In this document: piece after piece, positions 10,643-19,913 of the stretch
Numbering within the stretch: position 1 is the stretch's first letter
How the letters are laid out: every line of letters begins with the position of its first letter
Origin: Candidatus Thorarchaeota archaeon
GTDB lineage: Archaea; Asgardarchaeota; Thorarchaeia; Thorarchaeales; Thorarchaeaceae
Direction of reading: 5' to 3'
Length of the DNA stretch: 64,000 nucleotides
Assembly (NCBI GenBank): GCA_016933575.1
Contig: JAFGAR010000005.1
Location: 36,127-100,126 of the forward strand
Notes under the pieces: generated by a model
Told to the model about the DNA's origin: nothing
Databases searched by the model: none
The model's input: the letters and a program-made list of their open reading frames with translations, nothing else
Made by a program: the position numbers and the translations under genes

Positions 10643-11035
10643 ATGATAGATATTGGAGAAGAGGACACTCCTGAAGGCACTATAATTGATACTGGAAAAG
10701 AACCCTGGTTTGACGCACTAGGCAGTGTAATGTTTCTTCTCTGGGCTATTTTTGGAATCTCAACAACTACAATTTTGATTAATTCGCCATCGACTGTATT
10801 TCTAGGTTGGATTGGAGTACCATATGTAGCAAATGGATTACTATGGCTCGTCTTTCGAACAACCAACTCTCGTATATTTCTGACAATCATTGGACTTGTA
10901 GGATCACTCTATTCAATAGCCTTCTGGGGCTATAACGAATCACTACTTGCTTACCCCATGGGTCTCTTTGCTACGCTTCTGTTATGTACTTGTATAGGTA
11001 CTCTCTGCATGCGGGGATTGACCTGGTTTGAATGA
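10643..11035 (+). CDS. hypothetical membrane protein (4 TM)
   Basis: Four hydrophobic segments; fills gap between HD gene and tRNA. Confidence 0.6.
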   Translation: MIDIGEEDTPEGTIIDTGKEPWFDALGSVMFLLWAIFGISTTTILINSPSTVFLGWIGVPYVANGLLWLVFRTTNSRIFLTIIGLVGSLYSIAFWGYNESLLAYPMGLFATLLLCTCIGTLCMRGLTWFE

Positions 11036-11048
11036 TACAATAGAAAAG

Positions 11049-11124
11049 TGGTAGCCCCGGGAGGATTTGAACCTCCGTCAGCGAGGCCAAAACCCGCTAT
11101 GCTGGACCGCTACACCACGGGGCT
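11049..11124 (-). tRNA. tRNA-Gln(TTG), CCA encoded
   Basis: AGCCCCG/CGGGGCT acceptor stem, GCGGG-TTTTGGC-CTCGC anticodon arm, GGAGG-TTCAAAT-CCTCC T arm. Confidence 0.95.
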
Positions 11125-11440
11125 ATTGTTCAGTAAGCCCGAAGGGTATACCGTTCTTCAATATGTCGGTCGGTATATTTTCCTTCCACTTTTCAAGAAA
11201 GGCTGTTTCCTCTCTATATTGCTTACCTTCCTTTCTCAAGTCATCTGGGAGCATGCATGCAATCCCGTCGATGACAGGGTACCATCTACCACATTTTGGG
11301 CACCTGATGAGTGCTTCGTCAATCTCTTCGACCACTTCATCCTCTGTTTCAAGATTATGTGATGTGTAGACTTCAAGATTGAGTTCACTTCGACAATCAC
11401 TTGCAGGACATGCAAGAATGTCCATCAGCCAACGCTTCAT
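11123..11440 (-). CDS. trm112: Trm112-family methyltransferase activator
   Basis: MKRWLMDILACP..C and C-x2-C-GRWYPVIDGIACMLPDDLR signature. Confidence 0.9.
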   Translation of the reverse strand: MKRWLMDILACPASDCRSELNLEVYTSHNLETEDEVVEEIDEALIRCPKCGRWYPVIDGIACMLPDDLRKEGKQYREETAFLEKWKENIPTDILKNGIPFGLTEQ

Positions 11441-11587
11441 ACAGATGCAACTCCTGTGGTATAGTGTCGATTCATCAGTTGTAGTTAAAAATCATTCTGG
11501 CAAAATATCAAGAAATACGCTCAACCCAAAAGCTATTTTGGGGACATGAATTGCCTGCAGGCCTAGTGTAATCTGGAGAGAGTTGCA

Positions 11588-12991
11588 ATGGAGTACAAAC
11601 ATCCTTGGATTCCAATCACACGCGATATAGAGAAAGAGATGCTTGAGTCTATAGGAAAAAGAAGCTTGGAAGATCTCTTCTGTAACATTCCTGAGAAATT
11701 TCGGGTGAATAGAAATCTTGCTCTTCCTGATTCTCATACAGAGTATGAGGTCAGTAGAAGAATCCAGGAGCTTGCTGGTAGTAATAAGTCCGCAATTAAT
11801 GGGGATGTATTCCTTGGTTCCGGTGTCGGGATGCATTATATCCCCGCAATTGTACCAGCATTGGCTGGGAGGTCTGAATTTGTGACATCCTATACAAGTT
11901 ATCAGGCTGAGATAAGTCAAGGTATGCTTCAGACCCTTTTTGAATATCAAAGTCTGCTTGCAGAGATTCTCCAGATTGACATTGTGAACTCATCAATGTA
12001 CGATTATGCAACAGGTGTTGCTGAAGCTGCAAGGATGACAGTACGTGTAAATAAGAAACGTTCCAAGTTTTTAGTTCCAGGTACGATTAATCCCGAACAT
12101 TATTCTGTGATACATACATACACAGAGCCTGCAGATATTGAGATTGTGAAAGTAGATTATGATCGTAACACAGGTCTACTCTCTCTCTCCGACTTGAAGG
12201 CAAAGATGGATGATACGGTCGCAGGGGTGTATATCGAAAATCCAAGTCATCTTGGTTTTATAGAGACCCAAGTCGATGAGATCTCGAAGATTGTTCATGA
12301 TCATGATGCGTTGTTCGTGGTTGGTGTTGACATTCTCTCACTTGGAGTATTGAAACCCCCCGGGGGTTATGATGCTGATATTGTGGTTGCTGAAGGGCAA
12401 CACCTTGGTGTGCCTATGAGCTATGGTGGACCCTTGCTTGGTATTTTTGCTTGTAGGAATGACCGGAAGTTGATCTATCAGATGCCTGGTCGTCTTGTCG
12501 GAATGACCCGGACCGAAGAGGAACCTTATGAACGAGGTTTTGTCTTAACACTGAGTCCAAGAGAACAGCACATTCGTCGGGAAAAAGCAACTAGTAACAT
12601 CTGTTCTAATCAGGCTCTTGTTGCAGTTACTGCTGCAGTGTATATGTCTACCCTCGGTCCTAGTGGCTTGCAGACCTTGGGAGAAACCATTGCATTGAAA
12701 GCAAATTATGCTGCAAAGCAACTAAATACCATTAAAGGAGTAAAAGCTCCTGCAATTGGTTCATTCTTTTGGAAAGAGTTTGTAGTTCAATTTGAAAATG
12801 GAGTCACTGCTAGTCAAGTCCACACATCACTCTTGAAACAAGGAATTCAAGGTGGAAAAATACTCACAGATGAATTTCCAGAACTAGGAGAGGCAATGTT
12901 GTTCTGTGTGACGGAGATTCACAGTCAAGAAGCAATAGATAATCTCGTTCGGGCAGTTGAACTAACAATGAGTAATGGGGGTGCACAATAA
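11588..12991 (+). CDS. gcvPA: glycine dehydrogenase (decarboxylating) subunit 1
   Basis: FVTSYTSYQAEISQG, SMYD, REQHIRREKATSNICSNQ. Confidence 0.97.
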   Translation: MEYKHPWIPITRDIEKEMLESIGKRSLEDLFCNIPEKFRVNRNLALPDSHTEYEVSRRIQELAGSNKSAINGDVFLGSGVGMHYIPAIVPALAGRSEFVTSYTSYQAEISQGMLQTLFEYQSLLAEILQIDIVNSSMYDYATGVAEAARMTVRVNKKRSKFLVPGTINPEHYSVIHTYTEPADIEIVKVDYDRNTGLLSLSDLKAKMDDTVAGVYIENPSHLGFIETQVDEISKIVHDHDALFVVGVDILSLGVLKPPGGYDADIVVAEGQHLGVPMSYGGPLLGIFACRNDRKLIYQMPGRLVGMTRTEEEPYERGFVLTLSPREQHIRREKATSNICSNQALVAVTAAVYMSTLGPSGLQTLGETIALKANYAAKQLNTIKGVKAPAIGSFFWKEFVVQFENGVTASQVHTSLLKQGIQGGKILTDEFPELGEAMLFCVTEIHSQEAIDNLVRAVELTMSNGGAQ

Positions 12992-14559
12992 TGAACAATA
13001 AATCAGAAAATCGTTCAGCGGTGAGACAGGCAAAATGGATTGAGCCCCTTATTTTTGAAAAGAGCACACCCGGGGTCATTGCCCATCAATTTCCAATAGC
13101 TGAGGCGATAATAAGAAAGGCGGTAGATCTTGGCAAAGTTCTACCCTCAAATATGAGACGAAAGACACTACCAATGATACCTGAGGTCTCTGAACCAACC
13201 GTTGTGCGTCACTTCACAAGACTCTCTCAGATGAACTATTCAGTGAGTCTTGGTACTTATCCTCTGGGAAGTTGTACAATGAAATACAATCCTGAAGAGA
13301 ACAATTGGGCGGCCTCCCAACCCGGTTTTTCATGGCTTCATCCACTTCAGGATGTATCTTCCACACAGGGAGCCCTTGAGATGATGTGGGAACTCGAACA
13401 ATGGTTAGGCGAACTTACAGGCATGGATGCGGTCACATTGCAGCCTGCTGCTGGAGCTCAAGGCGAATGGACAGGAGTGATGATGATGCGCGAATATCAT
13501 CGGTGTGTCACCAATGAGTGTGAACAACGATATGAAATGCTCATTCCTGATGCTGCTCATGGTACTAATCCTGCATCTGCTGCCATGGCTGGCTATGAAG
13601 TAGTCGTTCTCCCCTCTAGTAATGAGGGCCTTGTGGATATTGACGCATTAAAAGCAGCGGCTGGACCTAAGACTGCAGGTCTAATGCTCACGAATCCTAA
13701 TACCATCGGAGTCTTCGAGAAAGATATTGCTGAAATTACAGGGATTGTTCATGATGCCGGTGGTCTAGTGTATTATGATGGAGCCAACTTCAATGCGATC
13801 ATGCACAAGGTCAGGCCTGGTGACATGGGTTTTGATGTTGTGCATCTCAATTTGCACAAGACATTCTCAACGCCTCATGGTGGTGGTGGGCCCGGTGCAG
13901 GTCCTGTAGGTGTTAAAGAAAAACTTGCAGATTTCCTACCTGTACCTCGTATCATTCAGAACGAGAATGGACTATTTGATCTGGATTACAACAGACCGGA
14001 ATCTATTGGCAAAGTGAAGTCTTTCTATGGAAACTTTGGAGTTCTAGTGAGAGCATATGCCTACATGTACTCACTTGGAAGGGAGGGTCTTAAAAGAGCT
14101 TCAGAAGTTGCTGTCCTCAATGCCAATTATATTGCTAATCATGTTCGGAAAATTCCTGGATTTACTTTACCATACTCTCAGGATGCACCTCGGATGCATG
14201 AATGTGTCATCTCTGCAAAGGAATTGAAGGAAAAGACAGGCGTGACCGCAATGAACGTTGCAAAGCGCCTATTAGACTTTGGAATTCATGCTCCAACTGT
14301 GTATTTCCCTCTGATTGTACCCGAGGCATTAATGATTGAACCTACGGAGACAGAATCCAAACAGGAACTTGACTATCTCATAGATGCACTCCGACAAATC
14401 TCCCGTGAAGCCCACGAGAATCCTGACCTAGTAAAGACAGCACCTCATTCCACGTCAGTACGTCTCCTTGATGAGTACAGATCAGCTCATCCTAAAACAC
14501 TCACTCTGTCTTACAAGATGTATCTGGAACGCAAAAATGCAGGAGAAGAAGAAGACTAA
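12991..14559 (+). CDS. gcvPB: glycine dehydrogenase (decarboxylating) subunit 2
   Basis: YPLGSCTMKYNP, HGTNPASA, HLNLHKTFSTPHGGGGPG (PLP Lys). Confidence 0.97.
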   Translation: MNNKSENRSAVRQAKWIEPLIFEKSTPGVIAHQFPIAEAIIRKAVDLGKVLPSNMRRKTLPMIPEVSEPTVVRHFTRLSQMNYSVSLGTYPLGSCTMKYNPEENNWAASQPGFSWLHPLQDVSSTQGALEMMWELEQWLGELTGMDAVTLQPAAGAQGEWTGVMMMREYHRCVTNECEQRYEMLIPDAAHGTNPASAAMAGYEVVVLPSSNEGLVDIDALKAAAGPKTAGLMLTNPNTIGVFEKDIAEITGIVHDAGGLVYYDGANFNAIMHKVRPGDMGFDVVHLNLHKTFSTPHGGGGPGAGPVGVKEKLADFLPVPRIIQNENGLFDLDYNRPESIGKVKSFYGNFGVLVRAYAYMYSLGREGLKRASEVAVLNANYIANHVRKIPGFTLPYSQDAPRMHECVISAKELKEKTGVTAMNVAKRLLDFGIHAPTVYFPLIVPEALMIEPTETESKQELDYLIDALRQISREAHENPDLVKTAPHSTSVRLLDEYRSAHPKTLTLSYKMYLERKNAGEEED

Positions 14560-14577
14560 CACAATCACAAACCACAA

Positions 14578-14982
14578 GTGTTAGAGGGTCTTACGTACAG
14601 AACGATATCAATGATAATCGAGAAGAAAGCAGGTCGTCACTCACTCATCCTTGATACCAAGAACATTGGCAACGACCTATTGGTTGCAATTCATGGAGGC
14701 GATGAACACCATATCGGAGGTGTAGCAATTGCATATGAAACCCCAAGTCACTATAGAGAGGCATCCACGATTAGCGTCAACACACTCACATTTCCAGGTC
14801 ACAAAGACTATGTAGTAGCTAACTCCGCAGCAGAGCAAATCTGTAAGACACTTCATCGACCAACTGTTGTTACAGTTGGGATCCATTATGAAAATGCAAC
14901 TAAAACTGAGATAGATGAGATACTCAAGACTGTGGACTTGCTTGTAAATGAACTGATTTCGTACTATCAAAAGGCTGAATAG
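14578..14982 (+). CDS. LpdD / PAC4-like small protein
   Basis: GGD..HIGGVA, PGHKD, VVTVGIH..NAT..EI motifs typical of this family. Confidence 0.65.
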   Translation: MLEGLTYRTISMIIEKKAGRHSLILDTKNIGNDLLVAIHGGDEHHIGGVAIAYETPSHYREASTISVNTLTFPGHKDYVVANSAAEQICKTLHRPTVVTVGIHYENATKTEIDEILKTVDLLVNELISYYQKAE

Positions 14983-15013
14983 TACACCTTGAAAGGCGTC
15001 AATGTGAATAGAA

Positions 15014-15295
15014 TTGCGTGTAAGATTCAAGTCCTTTGGACCAATACGTAGGTCTCTTGCTCAGCAGGTATTGGAGATAGAGGTTCCAGATGGGGCTACT
15101 GTCCTTCAGGTTATTCACAAAGTGGTGGAAATTGGTGGGGACGCTCTGCGGGACTTGGTTTTTGAAAATGGAGCGATAAACGGCAATCTTATTGTGATAC
15201 TTAACAAGAGAGATGTTTCCACGATTGGTGGTATTTCGGTATATGTTTCGGAAGGTGATGAAATAGCCCTTCTTCCTCATGTTCAAGGAGGGTAA
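15014..15295 (+). CDS. MoaD/ThiS/SAMP ubiquitin-like protein
   Basis: Beta-grasp pattern, EGDEIALLPHVQGG with C-terminal GG. Confidence 0.9.
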   Translation: MRVRFKSFGPIRRSLAQQVLEIEVPDGATVLQVIHKVVEIGGDALRDLVFENGAINGNLIVILNKRDVSTIGGISVYVSEGDEIALLPHVQGG

Positions 15296-15305
15296 TATTC
15301 ATCAG

Positions 15306-16601
15306 ATGAAGATCAAGTATTTTCTGGAAACATATGGCTGTTCCCTCAATTCAGCTGATTCAGATATTATTGCTGGAAGACTGCAAGATATCGGCGCTCA
15401 TCGGACTACTGATGAAAAGAAGGCTGCTGTCATCATTTTGAATACGTGCGGTGTGAAGGAACCTACTGAAGATCGAATTATCTACAGGCTTGAAGAACTG
15501 GCAAAAGGAGAAACGCCAATAGTAATTGCAGGGTGCCTACCTAAAATCTCCTTAGATCGCATACTACGGGCAATACCTACCTATGCAGCAATACTCGGTC
15601 CTCAATCCATCGACTCAATGATTGATGTTCTTCCTAGAGTCCTACGTGGCGAGCGCGGGATTGTTCATCTGGAATCCAGTTTCGAATCTAAATTGAAATG
15701 GTTACAAGCCCCTTCCAATGGTGTGATATGCACAATTCCTATCTGTGAAGGGTGTTTGGGGAATTGCTCCTATTGCGCTGTGCGATTTGCTCGAGGTCAG
15801 GTCAAGAGTCATCAACCCCGAGAGATATGTAAGACGATAACAAAATGTGTTCGATCTGGACATAGGGAGATTCGAATCACGTCACAAGACTTGGGTGTGT
15901 ACGGTATTGATATCCAAAGCGATTTGATATCGCTCTTGAAACAGATTGATGAGATCCCTGGGGACCACCGATTTAGGCTTGGCATGTTCAATCCCAATCT
16001 TGTTCTAGAATCCATCTCAGCTCTCATTGATGTAATGGATTCTGACCATTTCTTCAAATTCTTCCATGTTCCTTTACAATCAGGCAGTGATATAATTCTA
16101 AAAGAAATGAAACGCTTGTACAGTGTTAATAATTGGGAATATGTCGTAAACACCATCCGTTCTTCTTTTAGTAATGCAACGATTGCGACTGACATCATTG
16201 TTGGGTTTCCTGGAGAAACTGATGAAGACTTTGAGTTGACGATGGACTTGATACGAAGAGTTCACCCTGCTGTGGTCAATATCTCAAAGTATGGCGATCG
16301 TCCTGATACATTGGCATCTAAGAGACAGGACAAAGTGGACACATCCATCAAAAAGAAACGCAGTCAACTTCTGACAAGGCTTGTGAACAAGATTATTCTT
16401 GAAAACAATGAATCCTGGTTGGATTGGACCGGACTTGTTCTAGTAACAGATAGAGGATTACGTGGTGGATATCTGTGCAGAAACTATGCCTACAAACCCA
16501 TCATTGTACACGATAGACTCGCATTAGGTTCCACTGTAGAAGTTCGTATTGTTGATGCTAAACGCACTCATCTCGTGGGTGAAACTATCTCTTCAGTTTG
16601 A
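15306..16601 (+). CDS. tRNA t6A37 methylthiotransferase (archaeal/eukaryal MtaB-like radical SAM)
   Basis: ETYGCSLN..D, LNTCGVK, AGC, CxxxCxxC (CLGNCSYC), HVPLQSGS, DIIVGFPGET, C-terminal TRAM; start placed at ATG 15306. Confidence 0.92.
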   Translation: MKIKYFLETYGCSLNSADSDIIAGRLQDIGAHRTTDEKKAAVIILNTCGVKEPTEDRIIYRLEELAKGETPIVIAGCLPKISLDRILRAIPTYAAILGPQSIDSMIDVLPRVLRGERGIVHLESSFESKLKWLQAPSNGVICTIPICEGCLGNCSYCAVRFARGQVKSHQPREICKTITKCVRSGHREIRITSQDLGVYGIDIQSDLISLLKQIDEIPGDHRFRLGMFNPNLVLESISALIDVMDSDHFFKFFHVPLQSGSDIILKEMKRLYSVNNWEYVVNTIRSSFSNATIATDIIVGFPGETDEDFELTMDLIRRVHPAVVNISKYGDRPDTLASKRQDKVDTSIKKKRSQLLTRLVNKIILENNESWLDWTGLVLVTDRGLRGGYLCRNYAYKPIIVHDRLALGSTVEVRIVDAKRTHLVGETISSV

Positions 16602-17586
16602 CATCGATATTGACAACTTTCCCGGTTCTCGTACTCTCTCTCGTGCTTTCAACTATTTCCAGAGCACAGAGTGCATCATCGATACTTACTCTTGGTGTTT
16701 TTCCACTCTTTACACATGAAATGAAATCAATGAGTACTTCTCTTACAGGCTCTCCATATACTTTGATTGTTGCGCCTCTCTCAGGAAGCTTGATAGTATC
16801 ACTCGCCGCCATAGGTTCTTGGTCTAAATTCTGAATCTTAATGATTTGAGCAAAGAGATCCAGTGTGAGTGACCCCTTAGTTCCTGAAACATCCATGTAT
16901 CTTCTTCTTCCTGTGTATTCCCTAGAGAGGTGAAAGACATGCTGTGTTCCTGATTCAAAATTCACCAACACTGTGCCACTGTTGTATATGCCACCTTCCT
17001 CCTTAGATTGAGCATAAAGCGTTGCTTTTCCATGACTGATACGTGCCATAATATCAAAATCATGAACGCCTATGTCTTCATAGACATCTCCAAGAGATGG
17101 GATTCTCGAAGGTTGTACGAAACCCCGTCTATCATGAATCACAGTACGAGGAACTCCAATAGCATCAGTCTTGATCAATAAGAGCGCCTTTGTCACAATT
17201 GGATTATAGATCTCAGAATGCGAGACCTGGGTGACCACGCCTTTTTTGTTGACAATCTCTGCTACTTTTTTAGCATCCTCCAATGTGCTTGCTAGGGGTT
17301 TTTCAATAAGGAGGCCTCGAACACAATCGTATTTCGATAGGATTTCCTTTGCAATTGCTGCATGTGATGAAGTTGGTGTAGAAATAATCAGGGCATCTGG
17401 AGTAGTATCTTCAATAAGTTCCTCATAACTACTGAACGCTGGAATGCCGTATGATTTTGCTACATCTGTTGCTGTATCCATATTTGTATCAGCCACACCA
17501 GCTAGAACACCCATATCACTCAGAATCCGTGCATGAATGCGTCCCATATTACCAGTGCCAACGATACCTATCTTTAAGGATGTCAT
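16585..17586 (-). CDS. Gfo/Idh/MocA family NAD(P)-dependent oxidoreductase
   Basis: GIVGTGNMG Rossmann, EKP, DIGVHDFD. Confidence 0.9.
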   Translation of the reverse strand: MTSLKIGIVGTGNMGRIHARILSDMGVLAGVADTNMDTATDVAKSYGIPAFSSYEELIEDTTPDALIISTPTSSHAAIAKEILSKYDCVRGLLIEKPLASTLEDAKKVAEIVNKKGVVTQVSHSEIYNPIVTKALLLIKTDAIGVPRTVIHDRRGFVQPSRIPSLGDVYEDIGVHDFDIMARISHGKATLYAQSKEEGGIYNSGTVLVNFESGTQHVFHLSREYTGRRRYMDVSGTKGSLTLDLFAQIIKIQNLDQEPMAASDTIKLPERGATIKVYGEPVREVLIDFISCVKSGKTPRVSIDDALCALEIVESTRESTRTGKVVNIDVKLKR

Positions 17587-17822
17587 ACTAATCTACTCCG
17601 GTAGGGCTAAGGAACTCGGTTGATAATCTTCCTTTATACATTGTCATGAGTCAGATACAATGTCTATACCAATTCAATGGTCAAATCTGCCGCTTGTTTG
17701 CATGATGGCTTTAAATTTCAGGGTCTCTACTATATACTGAACCAAAGTACTACACCCTCCCCGTGTTTGGGACCTCAACGCGTTATATCTGCTTTGACGC
17801 TCTTATGACAACTCCCTCCCTC

Positions 17823-17877
17823 GGACCCACCTGTGGACGCAGCACAGATCCGCCTCAATCTTGCTGTAGGTGGGTCC
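17823..17877. other. strong intergenic stem-loop (candidate structured RNA/regulatory element)
   Basis: GGACCCACCT/AGGTGGGTCC perfect 10-bp stem plus inner GCAGCA/TGCTGT and AGAT/ATCT helices. Confidence 0.5.
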
Positions 17878-18016
17878 TATTAGATTGTCAGACTTGTTCT
17901 ATCAATTAACTAGATTGACAAGATCCCAGATGATAGATTGACATGAACGAAATAAAATCTTGACAGATTGCAATCTTAAAATAGAATTTTACTATCTGTT
18001 TCACAGTTGTGATATT

Positions 18017-18658
18017 ATGAATAAGAATCAGAAACCAATGGTCGTCTTTGATATGTATGGACCCTATATGATTGTAGGTGCACCAAAGGTAGTGAACTCA
18101 AAGGGTAAGGCTATCGATATGGGTCTTGTAACTGCATTCTGTAGATGTGGGAAATCTGAAAACAAACCTTATTGTGATGGCACTCACTCGAAAGTTGGTT
18201 TCTCTGGGGAAAAAGACCCTGATAGGCGTGAGGATACGGTAGTTGAATTCAAGGGAAAAGACATCACTATCCTGGACAATAGAGGGGTCTGTTCTGCTGA
18301 TGGTGCCTGTGTTCGAGAGAGTCCTGAGGTCTTTCAGAAGGACAAGAAACCTGCATGGATCTTTCCTGATAATGGACCTGTGAGGAAGACCATCAAGACT
18401 ATCGAGAAGTGCCCCTCCGGCGCACTCAGCTATAAGATTGGAACCCAGCGCATTCAAGACCTGCAACGCAAGCCTGCAATCAAGATTGCAAAAGACGGTC
18501 CCCTCGAATTTGTGGGATGGATTGAGCTAATCGATGATCAAGGATCGAAACCAGAATCCAGCGAACACTATACTCTCTGTCGTTGCGGCGCGTCAAAGAA
18601 CAAGCCATTCTGTGACAACTCTCATAAGAAAGTAGACTTCAAGGATTCAAAGAACTGA
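18017..18658 (+). CDS. CDGSH iron-sulfur domain protein (two CDGSH domains flanking a divergent ferredoxin-like domain)
   Basis: FCRCGKSENKPYCDGTH; C..DGAC...CPSGAL; LCRCGASKNKPFCDNSH. Confidence 0.92.
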   Translation: MNKNQKPMVVFDMYGPYMIVGAPKVVNSKGKAIDMGLVTAFCRCGKSENKPYCDGTHSKVGFSGEKDPDRREDTVVEFKGKDITILDNRGVCSADGACVRESPEVFQKDKKPAWIFPDNGPVRKTIKTIEKCPSGALSYKIGTQRIQDLQRKPAIKIAKDGPLEFVGWIELIDDQGSKPESSEHYTLCRCGASKNKPFCDNSHKKVDFKDSKN

Positions 18659-19134
18659 TAGTTCATTCATCTTTGTCCTGTTTTGAGTGAAATAAAAAAG
18701 AGAACTGGCACAGTAAGACGCATCGTTGGGGCCTTCATCCAACAAGTTGAGGATTCTTGTATGTGCCTATTTGTTCTCATGATATCATTTATGAAATCAG
18801 TATATAATAAAAAGCCACAAGACGGGGTCACATTATATAGTCCCAGATAGCAATCACATCTTGTTACTATTAAGGTCACCAAATTAATGGTTGTTATCTT
18901 TTAATTCCGTTTCCAAGCTACTCACGGACATGATTTGACTATCTTGGCAAAAGAGGACCCTGTACACAAGTTCTTAAGCAAACTTTCTGAGCTTCATCTT
19001 GCAGGTACACGAGAAGCATGAAGCGTTTTCTATCGTAGGAATGGTCGAGAGTTTTTTTTTCAATCATCGCAAATTTCACAGAAGGACACACTAGTTTTGA
19101 CGACTTGCATATCGCATTTAGCGAGTGAATAATA

Positions 19135-19734
19135 ATGGGTTATGAAGAACGTGAGCCAATTGAGGCTACTGTGGCTGAACTAAAGCCACGAATGAAGAAT
19201 GTCACCATTTCTTTCAAGGTGATCAGCATGGGTGAAGAGCGTGAGATCGAATCTCGTAATGATGGAGGATCTCACCGTGTCTGTGACATCACTGTTGGTG
19301 ACGCAAGCGGAACTGTTCAGGTTCCACTCTGGGATGAAGCTATTGATAACATTACAGAAGGCGGTAGCTACAATCTGACTAATGGATACACTGGGCTCTT
19401 TCGAGGAAATCTGCGATTGAATGTTGGTAGATACGGCAAACTTGAGCAGGCTGAAGAAGCTATTGAGGATGTCAACATGAGCATTGACATGTCCGCTGAG
19501 GAACACGAGGACGACCGACCACGAAGAAGTTTTGGTGGAGGCGGTGGCCGAAGTGGAGGCGGTGGTTATGGTGGCGACCGACGAGGCGGCGGCGGTGGTT
19601 ACAGCGGCCGAAGTAGCGGTGGTGGCTATGGCGGAGACCGGCGTGGAAGTAGCGGTGGTTATGGTGGTCGCGACCGAAGAAGCGGCAGCGGCGGTTATGG
19701 CGATAGTGGTGGCGACAGTCGTCGCAGATACTAG
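19135..19734 (+). CDS. ssb: single OB-fold ssDNA-binding protein with Gly/Arg/Tyr-rich C-terminal tail
   Basis: V.ELKP....V...KV, VGDASGTV..PLWD, NGYT..FRG.LRLNVGRYG (crenarchaeal-type SSB); tail with GGYGGDRRG repeats. Confidence 0.88.
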   Translation: MGYEEREPIEATVAELKPRMKNVTISFKVISMGEEREIESRNDGGSHRVCDITVGDASGTVQVPLWDEAIDNITEGGSYNLTNGYTGLFRGNLRLNVGRYGKLEQAEEAIEDVNMSIDMSAEEHEDDRPRRSFGGGGGRSGGGGYGGDRRGGGGGYSGRSSGGGYGGDRRGSSGGYGGRDRRSGSGGYGDSGGDSRRRY

Positions 19735-19777
19735 AAGCCAAACTTGAAAGTGATTAAATGCAGCAATAGCTGCTCAA

Positions 19778-19820
19778 TTGTGGGTAATCATTAAGGTTAC
19801 TCACAAATCCTTATTTTTTG
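19778..19820 (+). terminator. putative terminator hairpin after ssb
   Basis: TTGTGGGTAAT/GTTACTCACAA stem followed by a T-run. Confidence 0.5.
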
Positions 19821-19913
19821 AGTTACATACCTATTGCAATTTCTTTGAAGAAAGTAGTGCAAAGGGTTAGTTTTACCGGTAAAATCGAACAGCACTGGTT
19901 CGAAGTAGAAGCA

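Noticed and set aside
11048-11369. ORFs overlapping tRNA genes (also 20895, 26039, 41937, 41953, 50122 and the N-terminus of 49690-50280)
   Set aside because: Translations of tRNA sequence or antisense to real genes
19472-19747. Alternative-frame ORFs (Val/Ala-rich, His/Arg-rich) and GGCGGT repeats
   Set aside because: Shadows of the Gly-rich SSB tail codons; not a DNA repeat array or CRISPR
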